A program made the translations under genes and the position numbers. Below are positions 40,756 to 52,435 of a DNA stretch of 64,000 nucleotides, piece after piece. The first letter of the stretch is position 1, and the number at the start of each line of letters is the position of its first letter. A model generated the notes under the pieces. It was not told where the DNA came from. It saw only the letters and a list, made by a program, of their open reading frames with translations, and did not search any database. The DNA comes from Dudresnaya verticillata (taxonomy: Eukaryota): positions 2,542,001 through 2,606,000 of the forward strand of contig OZ374565.1 in NCBI GenBank assembly GCA_977862235.1, given 5' to 3'.

Positions 40756-43700
40756 TTCAACTTTATAACAGGTGACCATATTCTAATATTTGTCGACGTA
40801 CAATCTACTGTAGTATCACAACAAAGTTAAACCCCAACTCAAAACAACTTGCACATCTACACCTCCTGTTGGATCCCTTCCATCAGGCACTTGACGTTGT
40901 TCTGCACCAGTCGCGCCGCGTGCCTGTGGAACAGAGCCGCTCGCGAAACACCGCGAGTTACCATGGCCCGAGAAGCCACGGTATCCGCCAACTCTTGCAT
41001 ATACTTGTGCGCCTCCGGGTGCCAGCCACCTAGTGTGGTCATCGGCACCGGCACAAGCCTTGCCCCCGGTCCGGCAGCCTGGATGAAGCCACGGTAAGTC
41101 CGCACCTTGTCAGCGTGGGCGTTCTTCAGCGTCCCTTGCGGGTTTGTTATGCAGCTGAGAATGCGTTGTTCTGACGACAGTGGATGACTGATTGTGACGT
41201 CCAGGTAGTCCGTTCCTCCTTCTGTTCCAAGCGCCTTGATGTCCGGCCGATCCAAGTGAGCCCCCACCGGGCGGGGCTCCACAATCGGGGTGCGTGTCGC
41301 ACGTTTCAGATCCGAAGCCAGCAGACGAACCTGAGAGTCGTGGCGCCACGACCGAGGAGATCCGCTGTTCCGCATGCCGTTCGGACAAATCAGCAGATGG
41401 TCGCCGTGAACATCCATCATCTTCTTGCACCCGGCCCGAGGACACTCCGTGTCGGGTTCCAGCAGTGGAATCCGACAGTAGAATCGAAGCCATACGCGGT
41501 AGTCCCGATCCGCAATGTACGTCTTCATGCCTGGTGCCGGCTGGCACTTGAGCCAGTCCTTGGCGCCCGGCACGCCAAGGGAAGCTCGGAAAGCTTGCGT
41601 CCGCCTGTCCCCGAGCGGCAGCTCGGCTTGCACTTTCTTCAGAACCAACCGCGTCAAGTCCCGCTGGCGCGGGCACTCGTCGCTGTCGATCTTCTCCAGG
41701 TCCAGGGCATCCTCACTATGGCACTTGGCGCTCCAGTCTTCGTGCGCTTCTACTGCAAAAGGATCGTCAGAAAGAGCAGTGTTCACAGAAGCGGGTAAGA
41801 TAGAACGCAGTAAGTTGCGGGTCAGTGAAAGGGACGCCAAAAACGCGCTCGAGTTCATGTCGCCAGCTCCCGAAATACCGATTCCGAAGCTGGGCTCTTT
41901 CGTGCGCAGGGGAAGCTGAAGTTCGCGGAAGGTGTCCCTCGGTAGGACTCCTCCCACGAGCTTGCGCATGCAAGCCTCAATCTTCTGGTCGAAGAGCTCG
42001 GCGCCCTTTGCCGTGGCGGATGATGGAACTACTCGCAGCAGGTAGTTCAGCCGGCAGACTCCGGCACAGTTGCGGAGTAGAGTGATGGCCACGTGTAGGT
42101 CTTCTAGTCCCGAAATTGCGTCCAGCAGGGGCTGGATGGACTCGACATGGCCATTCACGCTCTCCTCCATGTAGTTCTGCGTTCCAATCGGAGCCTGAAG
42201 TACTGTAGTGCCTTCTCCGTAGCTCTGCCCAAGATCCGACGGGTAGGCAGCGCAGTCTTCTGGGTCGGGTGCAGTAGGCCACCAAACAGTACACTTGTCC
42301 ATGCGCAGGTGGAAGCCATAGCCCTTAGCTTCCTCGGAGTCAAAGAAGGACAGAACCTTCCTGAGTACGGCGTGTTTCGCCACGATGACGCCGTCGTCCA
42401 GGTAGAACAGTGACAGCAGCAAGTTGTTCGCCCCCTCCGCTTGCTGATTGCGGCCCGAGCGCCGCAGGTCGGCGGTGAGTTCCTTCAACTGTTTGATCAG
42501 TGCCTGCAGCACCAAAGCAAACAGTAACGGCCCGAGCGGGTCACCTTGCTGTACACCAGTGACACTCCGCAGTAGAGTGTCACCCATCCACAGGTGCGGG
42601 CCCTCAGAGTCATAACAGTATCTGACCCACGGTAGTAGTTCAGGCATATGTCGGCGGACCTCCTTCATGAATGCTTTGCGGCTGACAAGGTTGAAGGCAT
42701 TCTTCAAGTCCACTTGTAGCAACCCGTAGGACTTGTCATGGCCGTGAGACTTCTGCAGCTTCCGGACCGCGTGTACAATGGCTTCTGTGCCGCCCGAGGT
42801 TGCGACCCCGAGCTGAAGCGGTTCGAGGTATGCCTTGGCCTTGGGAGCGACTCTGGTCATGAGCATAGAGCTCACGAGTCGTCGGATTGTCTCTCCTACA
42901 GCAATGGGGCGGACACCGCCGGTGCGCTTCTTCAGAGCCGTGAGAGGAGCGCTGGCAATCCAAGGCGACAGCTCCGCAGGTCCTGCGCCGCTGGCCAGCA
43001 CGTTGACCATTTTGGTGAGCCCGCCAAGCAGGCCCGTGTGCTCGTGAGTGGTCGGGACTGAGAGCAGTTCCTGCAGATGGGTCGGTGATAGTCCTGTTCC
43101 CCCCGAGGCCGAAGCCCGGGGGAACTTGGCCACTGCTTTTCGTACTTCGTCGGCTGTGAAAGGCACGAAGTCAGGCATGGTCGGCAGCGGTTCGGACTGG
43201 TCAAGCTCGTGGTCCGCGTCGGTTTGCGGTACGGACTGCGGGTGCTTGTCCTTCATGGACTGTATCACAGAGTCTGTGGCTGGGGCGATTCCATCAGAGT
43301 CTAGAGCTGCTGCTGCCTTACTGTAGGCGCCCTCCTTTGCAAGGCGAAGGGCTCGTGAGGCATTGATACGGCGTTGCTCTTCTGCGGAAGGCGCAGTCTG
43401 CTCACGGAATGTCGAGCCCTTCAAGGCCTCCTGCCATAGGGCGTCGTAATCCTTGAGTCCCCAGCGTCGGATTCGATCGCGGAAGGTGCCGATCGAGGAC
43501 GCAGAGGTTGACGCGCTGGCCCTTGCACTCGCGGCGGGAGGATTGGACAAGACGGCTGCTGGAAAAAGCAGGAATGCAGTGAGCTCTTTGGTGGCTTCCT
43601 GAGAGTTGGTTGCGTTCGTAAAAGCCCATACCGTCTTGGACAGTGCGTCGCGCACCTCGGCGCGGACGCGAGACGGTATATGTGTGACCATAGGGATATG

Positions 43701-45406
43701 CGAGCGACAGATGTCTTCGACCGCCGGCAGAAGCTGCCCTCCTGGACCCCGCGCAACGGGTGGGGTTTGCGCAGTTGGTACCTCTCGAGTAGCAGGTACC
43801 GGTGCAGGAGGCGGCTCCTGGCTGTCCGGGATTCGTCGCGGGGCTGGCAGGATATCGTCCGCTGGCTCGCCGTCCTCGGGTTGCGTCTCCGTGACCGCGT
43901 CCAGAGCAGGAGACTGTGATGGCGCGGCTACAGTTTCTTCACGGCTCGGTGTCGTCAATTGGTTGGACGGGACGTGGGAGAACGCCGGAGTGCGAGTAGC
44001 GGGACATGCGCTGCAATTCTTGTACCGCATACTGTACATGCCTTCACTGTTCATGCGGGAGCTACAGTGGGTGGGCATGTACTTGTTGTGAGTCACACAG
44101 TACCATACTCCATAGTCCAGGAGCTGCTGCTTGAGAGGCTCGATGTCGGTCCTCGTCGGTGGTCCTCGCCTGCCAGGAACATGCATCTTCCGCAGGTGCA
44201 TGAGTAGCGCTTCTACAGTAGGCAGTGAGGACGACTGGCAGCCCAGAGGACAGCTGGTACTGTTTGTCGGGCGGTGTTTTGCCGAAGGCATAAAGCATGG
44301 AGAGAGCCATACCTTCGGCATGTCGGGGTGCTGCTGACCAATCATGGTTACAGCGCTGGGTAAGGTACCTGTAAAGGTCCTCTACAGTAGGTTCCCACGG
44401 GGCACAGACCTCCTAACCGGGACGCAAGCCTGTCGTCCGTCGTCAGTCTGTTCGGGACACCTCCAGAGGGTGCTACAGGTGGCCTTGCTGCGAGATGAGG
44501 GCCTCTTCGCAGCGTAGGGCGCGAGATCGCGCACTTTGCGCACGAGCTCGCGCAAAAGGGCGCGCGTGTTAGCGTTCGTGCGCGCAGAGTTATCGGACGT
44601 TCCCTTCCCTGCCGCAGCTGAGAAGACTCTCTTCACTGCGGTCCTGTAACGCGCGGTACTTCTCGTTTGCACAAGCTCTCAATGGGGTCGCAGAACCACC
44701 GTTTACCTGTGAGTGCCCACAGGATTTTTGGCCTCCCCCGAAGGTTCGCTGGCAGGACGTTCGCTCGATCTTAGAAGGGGTGGTTTCAAAACAGGATCCA
44801 CCAGGCTTAAGCCACGTTACCCCAACTTCGACGTTGCTTGGCACGTTTCTGCGATGAGCTTGTGGGTCACGAGCCGCCTACCACTCAAGGTCGAGGGTCT
44901 TTGGCGATTCCCACACTTGTAGGTCTCTCGGCACTTCCCGAAGGAAGATTTTACAGGACAAGCCTGGCCTTTACCAATCTGTCAGTTGAAGGGTGTGAAA
45001 CCCCTCTGTCGACAGTCCACGGCAGCCTAGACAGAGTCTAGGCTGTGCCGGGTACAAGCAAAACGCGTACAGGGCCAGGGAAAGAAAGATAAGTCAGTGG
45101 GGCCCGGGCAAATTTCAAGGTGAGGGATCACCTTAAAAGTAAGCGCAAAATAGGAAACGCGTGACCGTCGGCGACGACGGCGGCGGCGACGGCGGCGACG
45201 ACGACGGCGTCGCGGCGCAGATCGGCGGCGCGGAAAGAGACAAAAGTAGACCGCGCTCGCCCGCCCGCGAAGGTGAAGGGCTGAAAAACCCCGCACCGAC
45301 GCGCCGTCGCGCGCTCGAACAGGCGGCACCGCCGCCGAAAAGATCGGTGCAGAACTTGCTGAGAAATCTCCGAAACAAAAAATTCGGCAGATCGCGAGGG
45401 GTTCTC
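40756..45406 (-). mobile_element. Retrotransposon copy 9 (full length)
   Basis: Precise 3' junction, intact ORF. Confidence 0.95.
40857..44345 (-). CDS. RT-RLE retrotransposon protein, 1162 aa (copy 9)
   Basis: Same motifs as copy 1. Confidence 0.95.
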   Translation of the reverse strand: MIGQQHPDMPKVWLSPCFMPSAKHRPTNSTSCPLGCQSSSLPTVEALLMHLRKMHVPGRRGPPTRTDIEPLKQQLLDYGVWYCVTHNKYMPTHCSSRMNSEGMYSMRYKNCSACPATRTPAFSHVPSNQLTTPSREETVAAPSQSPALDAVTETQPEDGEPADDILPAPRRIPDSQEPPPAPVPATREVPTAQTPPVARGPGGQLLPAVEDICRSHIPMVTHIPSRVRAEVRDALSKTVWAFTNATNSQEATKELTAFLLFPAAVLSNPPAASARASASTSASSIGTFRDRIRRWGLKDYDALWQEALKGSTFREQTAPSAEEQRRINASRALRLAKEGAYSKAAAALDSDGIAPATDSVIQSMKDKHPQSVPQTDADHELDQSEPLPTMPDFVPFTADEVRKAVAKFPRASASGGTGLSPTHLQELLSVPTTHEHTGLLGGLTKMVNVLASGAGPAELSPWIASAPLTALKKRTGGVRPIAVGETIRRLVSSMLMTRVAPKAKAYLEPLQLGVATSGGTEAIVHAVRKLQKSHGHDKSYGLLQVDLKNAFNLVSRKAFMKEVRRHMPELLPWVRYCYDSEGPHLWMGDTLLRSVTGVQQGDPLGPLLFALVLQALIKQLKELTADLRRSGRNQQAEGANNLLLSLFYLDDGVIVAKHAVLRKVLSFFDSEEAKGYGFHLRMDKCTVWWPTAPDPEDCAAYPSDLGQSYGEGTTVLQAPIGTQNYMEESVNGHVESIQPLLDAISGLEDLHVAITLLRNCAGVCRLNYLLRVVPSSATAKGAELFDQKIEACMRKLVGGVLPRDTFRELQLPLRTKEPSFGIGISGAGDMNSSAFLASLSLTRNLLRSILPASVNTALSDDPFAVEAHEDWSAKCHSEDALDLEKIDSDECPRQRDLTRLVLKKVQAELPLGDRRTQAFRASLGVPGAKDWLKCQPAPGMKTYIADRDYRVWLRFYCRIPLLEPDTECPRAGCKKMMDVHGDHLLICPNGMRNSGSPRSWRHDSQVRLLASDLKRATRTPIVEPRPVGAHLDRPDIKALGTEGGTDYLDVTISHPLSSEQRILSCITNPQGTLKNAHADKVRTYRGFIQAAGPGARLVPVPMTTLGGWHPEAHKYMQELADTVASRAMVTRGVSRAALFHRHAARLVQNNVKCLMEGIQQEV

Positions 45407-45420
45407 AGTACTGAGGTGAG

Positions 45421-48400
45421 TTCAACTTTATAACAGGTGACCATATTCTAATATTTGTCGACGTACAATCTACTGTAGTATCACAACAAAGTTAAACCCC
45501 AACTCAAAACAACCTGCACATCTACACCTCCTGTTGGATCCCTTCCATCAGGCACTTGACGTTGTTCTGCACCAGTCGCGCCGCGTGCCTGTGGAACAGA
45601 GCCGCTCGCGAAACACCGCGAGTTACCATGGCCCGAGAAGCCACGGTATCCGCCAACTCTTGCATATACTTGTGCGCCTCCGGGTGCCAGCCACCTAGTG
45701 TGGTCATCGGCACCGGCACAAGCCTTGCCCCCGGTCCGGCAGCCTGGATGAAGCCACGGTAAGTCCGCACCTTGTCAGCGTGGGCGTTCTTCAGCGTCCC
45801 TTGCGGGTTTGTTATGCAGCTGAGAATGCGTTGTTCTGACGACAGTGGATGACTGATTGTGACGTCCAGGTAGTCCGTTCCTCCTTCTGTTCCAAGCGCC
45901 TTGATGTCCGGCCGATCCAAGTGAGCCCCCACAGGGCGGGGCTCCACAATCGGGGTGCGTGTCGCACGTTTCAGATCCGAAGCCAGCAGACGAACCTGAG
46001 AGTCGTGGCGCCACGACCGAGGAGATCCGCTGTTCCGCATGCCGTTCGGACAAATCAGCAGATGGTCGCCGTGAACATCCATCATCTTCTTGCACCCGGC
46101 CCGAGGACACTCCGTGTCGGGTTCCAGCAGTGGAATCCGACAGTAGAATCGAAGCCATACGCGGTAGTCCCGATCCGCAATGTACGTCTTCATGCCTGGT
46201 GCCGGCTGGCACTTGAGCCAGTCCTTGGCGCCCGGCACGCCAAGGGAAGCTCGGAAAGCTTGCGTCCGCCTGTCCCCGAGCGGCAGCTCGGCTTGCACTT
46301 TCTTCAGTACCAACCGCGTCAAGTCCCGCTGGCGCGGGCACTCGTCGCTGTCGATCTTCTCCAGGTCCAGGGCATCCTCACTATGGCACTTGGCGCTCCA
46401 GTCTTCGTGCGCTTCTACTGCAAAAGGATCGTCAGAAAGAGCAGTGTTCACAGAAGCGGGTAAGATAGAACGCAGTAAGTTGCGGGTCAGTGAAAGGGAC
46501 GCCAAAAACGCGCTCGAGTTCATGTCGCCAGCTCCCGAAATACCGATTCCGAAGCTGGGCTCTTTCGTGCGCAGGGGAAGCTGAAGTTCGCGGAAGGTGT
46601 CCCTCGGTAGGACTCCTCCCACGAGCTTGCGCATGCAAGCCTCAATCTTCTGGTCGAAGAGCTCGGCGCCCTTTGCCGTGGCGGATGATGGAACTACTCG
46701 CAGCAGGTAGTTCAGCCGGCAGACTCCGGCACAGTTGCGGAGTAGAGTGATGGCCACGTGTAGGTCTTCTAGTCCCGAAATTGCGTCCAGCAGGGGCTGG
46801 ATGGACTCGACATGGCCATTCACGCTCTCCTCCATGTAGTTCTGCGTTCCAATCGGAGCCTGAAGTACTGTAGTGCCTTCTCCGTAGCTCTGCCCAAGAT
46901 CCGACGGGTAGGCAGCGCAGTCTTCTGGGTCGGGTGCAGTAGGCCACCAAACAGTACACTTGTCCATTCGCAGGTGGAAGCCATAGCCCTTAGCTTCCTC
47001 GGAGTCAAAGAAGGACAGAACCTTCCTGAGTACGGCGTGTTTCGCCACGATGACGCCGTCGTCCAGGTAGAACAGTGACAGCAGCAAGTTGTTCGCCCCC
47101 TCCGCTTGCTGATTGCGGCCCGAGCGCCGCAGGTCGGCGGTGAGTTCCTTCAACTGTTTGATCAGTGCCTGCAGCACCAAAGCAAACAGTAACGGCCCGA
47201 GCGGGTCACCTTGCTGTACACCAGTGACACTCCGCAGTAGAGTGTCACCCATCCACAGGTGCGGGCCCTCAGAGTCATAACAGTATCTGACCCACGGTAG
47301 TAGTTCAGGCATATGTCGGCGGACCTCCTTCATGAATGCTTTGCGGCTGACAAGGTTGAAGGCATTCTTCAAGTCCACTTGTAGCAACCCGTAGGACTTG
47401 TCATGGCCGTGAGACTTCTGCAGCTTCCGGACCGCGTGTACAATGGCTTCTGTGCCGCCCGAGGTTGCGACCCCGAGCTGAAGCGGTTCGAGGTATGCCT
47501 TGGCCTTGGGAGCGACTCTGGTCATGAGCATAGAGCTCACGAGTCGTCGGATTGTCTCTCCTACAGCAATGGGGCGGACACCGCCGGTGCGCTTCTTCAG
47601 AGCCGTGAGAGGAGCGCTGGCAATCCAAGGCGACAGCTCCGCAGGTCCTGCGCCGCTGGCCAGCACGTTGACCATTTTGGTGAGCCCGCCAAGCAGGCCC
47701 GTGTGCTCGTGAGTGGTCGGGACTGAGAGCAGTTCCTGCAGATGGGTCGGTGATAGTCCTGTTCCCCCCGAGGCCGAAGCCCGGGGGAACTTGGCCACTG
47801 CTTTTCGTACTTCGTCGGCTGTGAAAGGCACGAAGTCAGGCATGGTCGGCAGCGGTTCGGACTGGTCAAGCTCGTGGTCCGCGTCGGTTTGCGGTACGGA
47901 CTGCGGGTGCTTGTCCTTCATGGACTGTATCACAGAGTCTGTGGCTGGGGCGATTCCATCAGAGTCTAGAGCTGCTGCTGCCTTACTGTAGGCGCCCTCC
48001 TTTGCAAGGCGAAGGGCTCGTGAGGCATTGATACGGCGTTGCTCTTCTGCGGAAGGCGCAGTCTGCTCACGGAATGTCGAGCCCTTCAAGGCCTCCTGCC
48101 ATAGGGCGTCGTAATCCTTGAGTCCCCAGCGTCGGATTCGATCGCGGAAGGTGCCGATCGAGGACGCAGAGGTTGACGCGCTGGCCCTTGCACTCGCGGC
48201 GGGAGGATTGGACAAGACGGCTGCTGGAAAAAGCAGGAATGCAGTGAGCTCTTTGGTGGCTTCCTGAGAGTTGGTTGCGTTCGTAAAAGCCCATACCGTC
48301 TTGGACAGTGCGTCGCGCACCTCGGCGCGGACGCGAGACGGTATATGTGTGACCATAGGGATATGCGAGCGACAGATGTCTTCGACCGCCGGCAGAAGCT

Positions 48401-50060
48401 GCCCTCCTGGACCCCGCGCAACGGGTGGGGTTTGCGCAGTTGGTACCTCTCGAGTAGCAGGTACCGGTGCAGGAGGCGGCTCCTGGCTGTCCGGGATTCG
48501 TCGCGGGGCTGGCAGGATATCGTCCGCTGGCTCGCCGTCCTCGGGTTGCGTCTCCGTGACCGCGTCCAGAGCAGGAGACTGTGATGGCGCGGCTACAGTT
48601 TCTTCACGGCTCGGTGTCGTCAATTGGTTGGACGGGACGTGGGAGAACGCCGGAGTGCGAGTAGCGGGACATGCGCTGCAATTCTTGTACCGCATACTGT
48701 ACATGCCTTCACTGTTCATGCGGGAGCTACAGTGGGTGGGCATGTACTTGTTGTGAGTCACATAGTACCATACTCCATAGTCCAGGAGCTGCTGCTTGAG
48801 AGGCTCGATGTCGGTCCTCGTCGGTGGTCCTCGCCTGCCAGGAACATGCATCTTCCGCAGGTGCATGAGTAGCGCTTCTACAGTAGGCAGTGAGGACGAC
48901 TGGCAGCCCAGAGGACAGCTGGTACTGTTTGTCGGGCGGTGTTTTGCCGAAGGCATAAAGCATGGAGAGAGCCATACCTTCGGCATGTCGGGGTGCTGCT
49001 GACCAATCATGGTTACAGCGCTGGGTAAGGTACCTGTAAAGGTCCTCTACAGTAGGTTCCCACGGGGCACAGGCCTCCTAACCGGGACGCAAGCCTGTCG
49101 TCCGTCGTCAGTCTGTTCGGGACACCTCCAGAGGGTGCTACAGGTGGCCTTGCTGCGAGATGAGGGCCTCTTCGCAGCGTAGGGCGCGAGATCGCGCACT
49201 TTGCGCACGAGCTCGCGCAAAAGGGCGCGCGTGTTAGCGTTCGTGCGCGCAGAGTTATCGGACGTTCCCTTCCCTGCCGCAGCTGAGAAGACTCTCTTCA
49301 CTGCGGTCCTGTAACGCGCGGTACTTCTCGTTTGCACAAGCTCTCAATGGGGTCGCAGAACCACCGTTTACCTGTGAGTGCCCACAGGATTTTTGGCCTC
49401 CCCCGAAGGTTCGCTGGCAGGACGTTCGCTCGATCTTAGAAGGGGTGGTTTCAAAACAGGATCCACCAGGCTTAAGCCACGTTACCCCAACTTCGACGTT
49501 GCTTGGCACGTTTCTGCGATGAGCTTGTGGGTCACGAGCCGCCTACCACTCAAGGTCGAGGGTCTTTGGCGATTCCCACACTTGTAGGTCTCTCGGCACT
49601 TCCCGAAGGAAGATTTTACAGGACAAGCCTGGCCTTTACCAATCTGTCAGTTGAAGGGTGTGAAACCCCTCTGTCGACAGTCCACGGCAGCCTAGACAGA
49701 GTCTAGGCTGTGCCGGGTACAAGCAAAACGCGTACAGGGCCAGGGAAAGAAAGATAAGTCAGTGGGGCCCGGGCAAATTTCAAGGTGAGGGATCACCTTA
49801 AAAGTAAGCGCAAAATAGGAAACGCGTGACCGTCGGCGACGACGGCGGCGGCGACGGCGGCGACGACGACGGCGTCGCGGCGCAGATCGGCGGCGCGGAA
49901 AGAGACAAAAGTAGACCGCGCTCGCCCGCCCGCGAAGGTGAAGGGCTGAAAAACCCCGCACCGACGCGCCGTCGCGCGCTCGAACAGGCGGCACCGCCGC
50001 CGAAAAGATCGGTGCAGAACTTGTTGAGATATCCGCGAAACAAAAATTTCGGCAGATCGC
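45421..50060 (-). mobile_element. Retrotransposon copy 10 (full length)
   Basis: Clean junction GCAGATCG-CTGAGGTGAG-TTCAAC to copy 11. Confidence 0.95.
45522..49010 (-). CDS. RT-RLE retrotransposon protein, 1162 aa (copy 10)
   Basis: Same motifs; WYCVTH changed to WYYVTH in the second Cys/His cluster. Confidence 0.95.
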   Translation of the reverse strand: MIGQQHPDMPKVWLSPCFMPSAKHRPTNSTSCPLGCQSSSLPTVEALLMHLRKMHVPGRRGPPTRTDIEPLKQQLLDYGVWYYVTHNKYMPTHCSSRMNSEGMYSMRYKNCSACPATRTPAFSHVPSNQLTTPSREETVAAPSQSPALDAVTETQPEDGEPADDILPAPRRIPDSQEPPPAPVPATREVPTAQTPPVARGPGGQLLPAVEDICRSHIPMVTHIPSRVRAEVRDALSKTVWAFTNATNSQEATKELTAFLLFPAAVLSNPPAASARASASTSASSIGTFRDRIRRWGLKDYDALWQEALKGSTFREQTAPSAEEQRRINASRALRLAKEGAYSKAAAALDSDGIAPATDSVIQSMKDKHPQSVPQTDADHELDQSEPLPTMPDFVPFTADEVRKAVAKFPRASASGGTGLSPTHLQELLSVPTTHEHTGLLGGLTKMVNVLASGAGPAELSPWIASAPLTALKKRTGGVRPIAVGETIRRLVSSMLMTRVAPKAKAYLEPLQLGVATSGGTEAIVHAVRKLQKSHGHDKSYGLLQVDLKNAFNLVSRKAFMKEVRRHMPELLPWVRYCYDSEGPHLWMGDTLLRSVTGVQQGDPLGPLLFALVLQALIKQLKELTADLRRSGRNQQAEGANNLLLSLFYLDDGVIVAKHAVLRKVLSFFDSEEAKGYGFHLRMDKCTVWWPTAPDPEDCAAYPSDLGQSYGEGTTVLQAPIGTQNYMEESVNGHVESIQPLLDAISGLEDLHVAITLLRNCAGVCRLNYLLRVVPSSATAKGAELFDQKIEACMRKLVGGVLPRDTFRELQLPLRTKEPSFGIGISGAGDMNSSAFLASLSLTRNLLRSILPASVNTALSDDPFAVEAHEDWSAKCHSEDALDLEKIDSDECPRQRDLTRLVLKKVQAELPLGDRRTQAFRASLGVPGAKDWLKCQPAPGMKTYIADRDYRVWLRFYCRIPLLEPDTECPRAGCKKMMDVHGDHLLICPNGMRNSGSPRSWRHDSQVRLLASDLKRATRTPIVEPRPVGAHLDRPDIKALGTEGGTDYLDVTISHPLSSEQRILSCITNPQGTLKNAHADKVRTYRGFIQAAGPGARLVPVPMTTLGGWHPEAHKYMQELADTVASRAMVTRGVSRAALFHRHAARLVQNNVKCLMEGIQQEV

Positions 50061-50069
50061 TGAGGTGAG

Positions 50070-52395
50070 TTCAACTTTATAACAGGTGACCATATTCTAA
50101 TATTTGTCGACGTACAATCTACTGTAGTATCACAACAAAGTTAAACCCCAACTCAAAACAACCTGCACATCTACACCTCCTGTTGGATCCCTTCCATCAG
50201 GCACTTGACGTTGTTCTGCACCAGTCGCGCCGCGTGCCTGTGGAACAGAGCCGCTCGCGAAACACCGCGAGTTACCATGGCCCGAGAAGCCACGGTATCC
50301 GCCAACTCTTGCATATACTTGTGCGCCTCCGGGTGCCAGCCACCTAGTGTGGTCATCGGCACCGGCACAAGCCTTGCCCCCGGTCCGGCAGCCTGGATGA
50401 AGCCACGGTAAGTCCGCACCTTGTCAGCGTGGGCGTTCTTCAGCGTCCCTTGCGGGTTTGTTATGCAGCTGAGAATGCGTTGTTCTGACGACAGTGGATG
50501 ACTGATTGTGACGTCCAGGTAGTCCGTTCCTCCTTCTGTTCCAAGCGCCTTGATGTCCGGCCGATCCAAGTGAGCCCCCACAGGGCGGGGCTCCACAATC
50601 GGGGTGCGTGTCGCACGTTTCAGATCCGAAGCCAGCAGACGAACCTGAGAGTCGTGGCGCCACGACCGAGGAGATCCGCTGTTCCGCATGCCGTTCGGAC
50701 AAATCAGCAGATGGTCGCCGTGAACATCCATCATCTTCTTGCACCCGGCCCGAGGACACTCCGTGTCGGGTTCCAGCAGTGGAATCCGACAGTAGAATCG
50801 AAGCCATACGCGGTAGTCCCGATCCGCAATGTACGTCTTCATGCCTGGTGCCGGCTGGCACTTGAGCCAGTCCTTGGCGCCCGGCACGCCAAGGGAAGCT
50901 CGGAAAGCTTGCGTCCGCCTGTCCCCGAGCGGCAGCTCGGCTTGCACTTTCTTCAGAACCAACCGCGTCAAGTCCCGCTGGCGCGGGCACTCGTCGCTGT
51001 CGATCTTCTCCAGGTCCAGGGCATCCTCACTATGGCACTTGGCGCTCCAGTCTTCGTGCGCTTCTACTGCAAAAGGATCGTCAGAAAGAGCAGTGTTCAC
51101 AGAAGCGGGTAAGATAGAACGCAGTAAGTTGCGGGTCAGTGAAAGGGACGCCAAAAACGCGCTCGAGTTCATGTCGCCAGCTCCCGAAATACCGATTCCG
51201 AAGCTGGGCTCTTTCGTGCGCAGGGGAAGCTGAAGTTCGCGGAAGGTGTCCCTCGGTAGGACTCCTCCCACGAGCTTGCGCATGCAAGCCTCAATCTTCT
51301 GGTCGAAGAGCTCGGCGCCCTTTGCCGTGGCGGATGATGGAACTACTCGCAGCAGGTAGTTCAGCCGGCAGACTCCGGCACAGTTGCGGAGTAGAGTGAT
51401 GGCCACGTGTAGGTCTTCTAGTCCCGAAATTGCGTCCAGCAGGGGCTGGATGGACTCGACATGGCCATTCACGCTCTCCTCCATGTAGTTCTGCGTTCCA
51501 ATCGGAGCCTGAAGTACTGTAGTGCCTTCTCCGTAGCTCTGCCCAAGATCCGACGGGTAGGCAGCGCAGTCTTCTGGGTCGGGTGCAGTAGGCCACCAAA
51601 CAGTACACTTGTCCATTCGCAGGTGGAAGCCATAGCCCTTAGCTTCCTCGGAGTCAAAGAAGGACAGAACCTTCCTGAGTACGGCGTGTTTCGCCACGAT
51701 GACGCCGTCGTCCAGGTAGAACAGTGACAGCAGCAAGTTGTTCGCCCCCTCCGCTTGCTGATTGCGGCCCGGGCGCCGCAGGTCGGCGGTGAGTTCCTTC
51801 AACTGTTTGATCAGTGCCTGCAGCACCAAAGCAAACAGTAACGGCCCGAGCGGGTCACCTTGCTGTACACCAGTGACACTCCGCAGTAGAGTGTCACCCA
51901 TCCACAGGTGCGGGCCCTCAGAGTCATAACAGTATCTGACCCACGGTAGTAGTTCAGGCATATGTCGGCGGACCTCCTTCATGAATGCTTTGCGGCTGAC
52001 AAGGTTGAAGGCATTCTTCAAGTCCACTTGTAGCAACCCGTAGGACTTGTCATGGCCGTGAGACTTCTGCAGCTTCCGGACCGCGTGTACAATGGCTTCT
52101 GTGCCGCCCGAGGTTGCGACCCCGAGCTGAAGCGGTTCGAGGTATGCCTTGGCCTTGGGATCGACTCTGGTCATGAGCATAGAGCTCACGAGTCGTCGGA
52201 TTGTCTCTCCTACAGCAATGGGGCGGACACCGCCGGTGCGCTTCTTCAGAGCCGTGAGAGGAGCGCTGGCAATCCAAGGCGACAGCTCCGCAGGTCCTGC
52301 GCCGCTGGCCAGCACGTTGACCATTTTGGTGAGCCCGCCAAGCAGGCCCGTGTGCTCGTGAGTGGTCGGGACTGAGAGCAGTTCCTGCAGATCGC
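50070..52395 (-). mobile_element. Retrotransposon copy 11, lacking its 5' half
   Basis: Element sequence stops at …TTCCTGCAGAT and continues CG-CTGAGGTGAG-GGATCAC (5S 3' segment). Confidence 0.93.
50171..52392 (-). pseudogene. 5'-truncated RT-RLE ORF (no zinc finger or native start)
   Basis: Matches the full protein from LQELLSVP onward; the ORF-track N-terminus is antisense 5S/spacer sequence. Confidence 0.9.
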
Positions 52396-52404
52396 TGAGG
52401 TGAG

Positions 52405-52435
52405 GGATCACTCTGGAATCGCCAGTGCCGAATGT
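52405..52435 (+). rRNA. 5S rRNA: 5S rRNA gene 3, 3' segment (nt 90-120)
   Basis: GGATCACTCTGGAATCGCCAGTGCCGAATGT + oligo(T), preceded by the 10-bp duplication CTGAGGTGAG. Confidence 0.92.
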
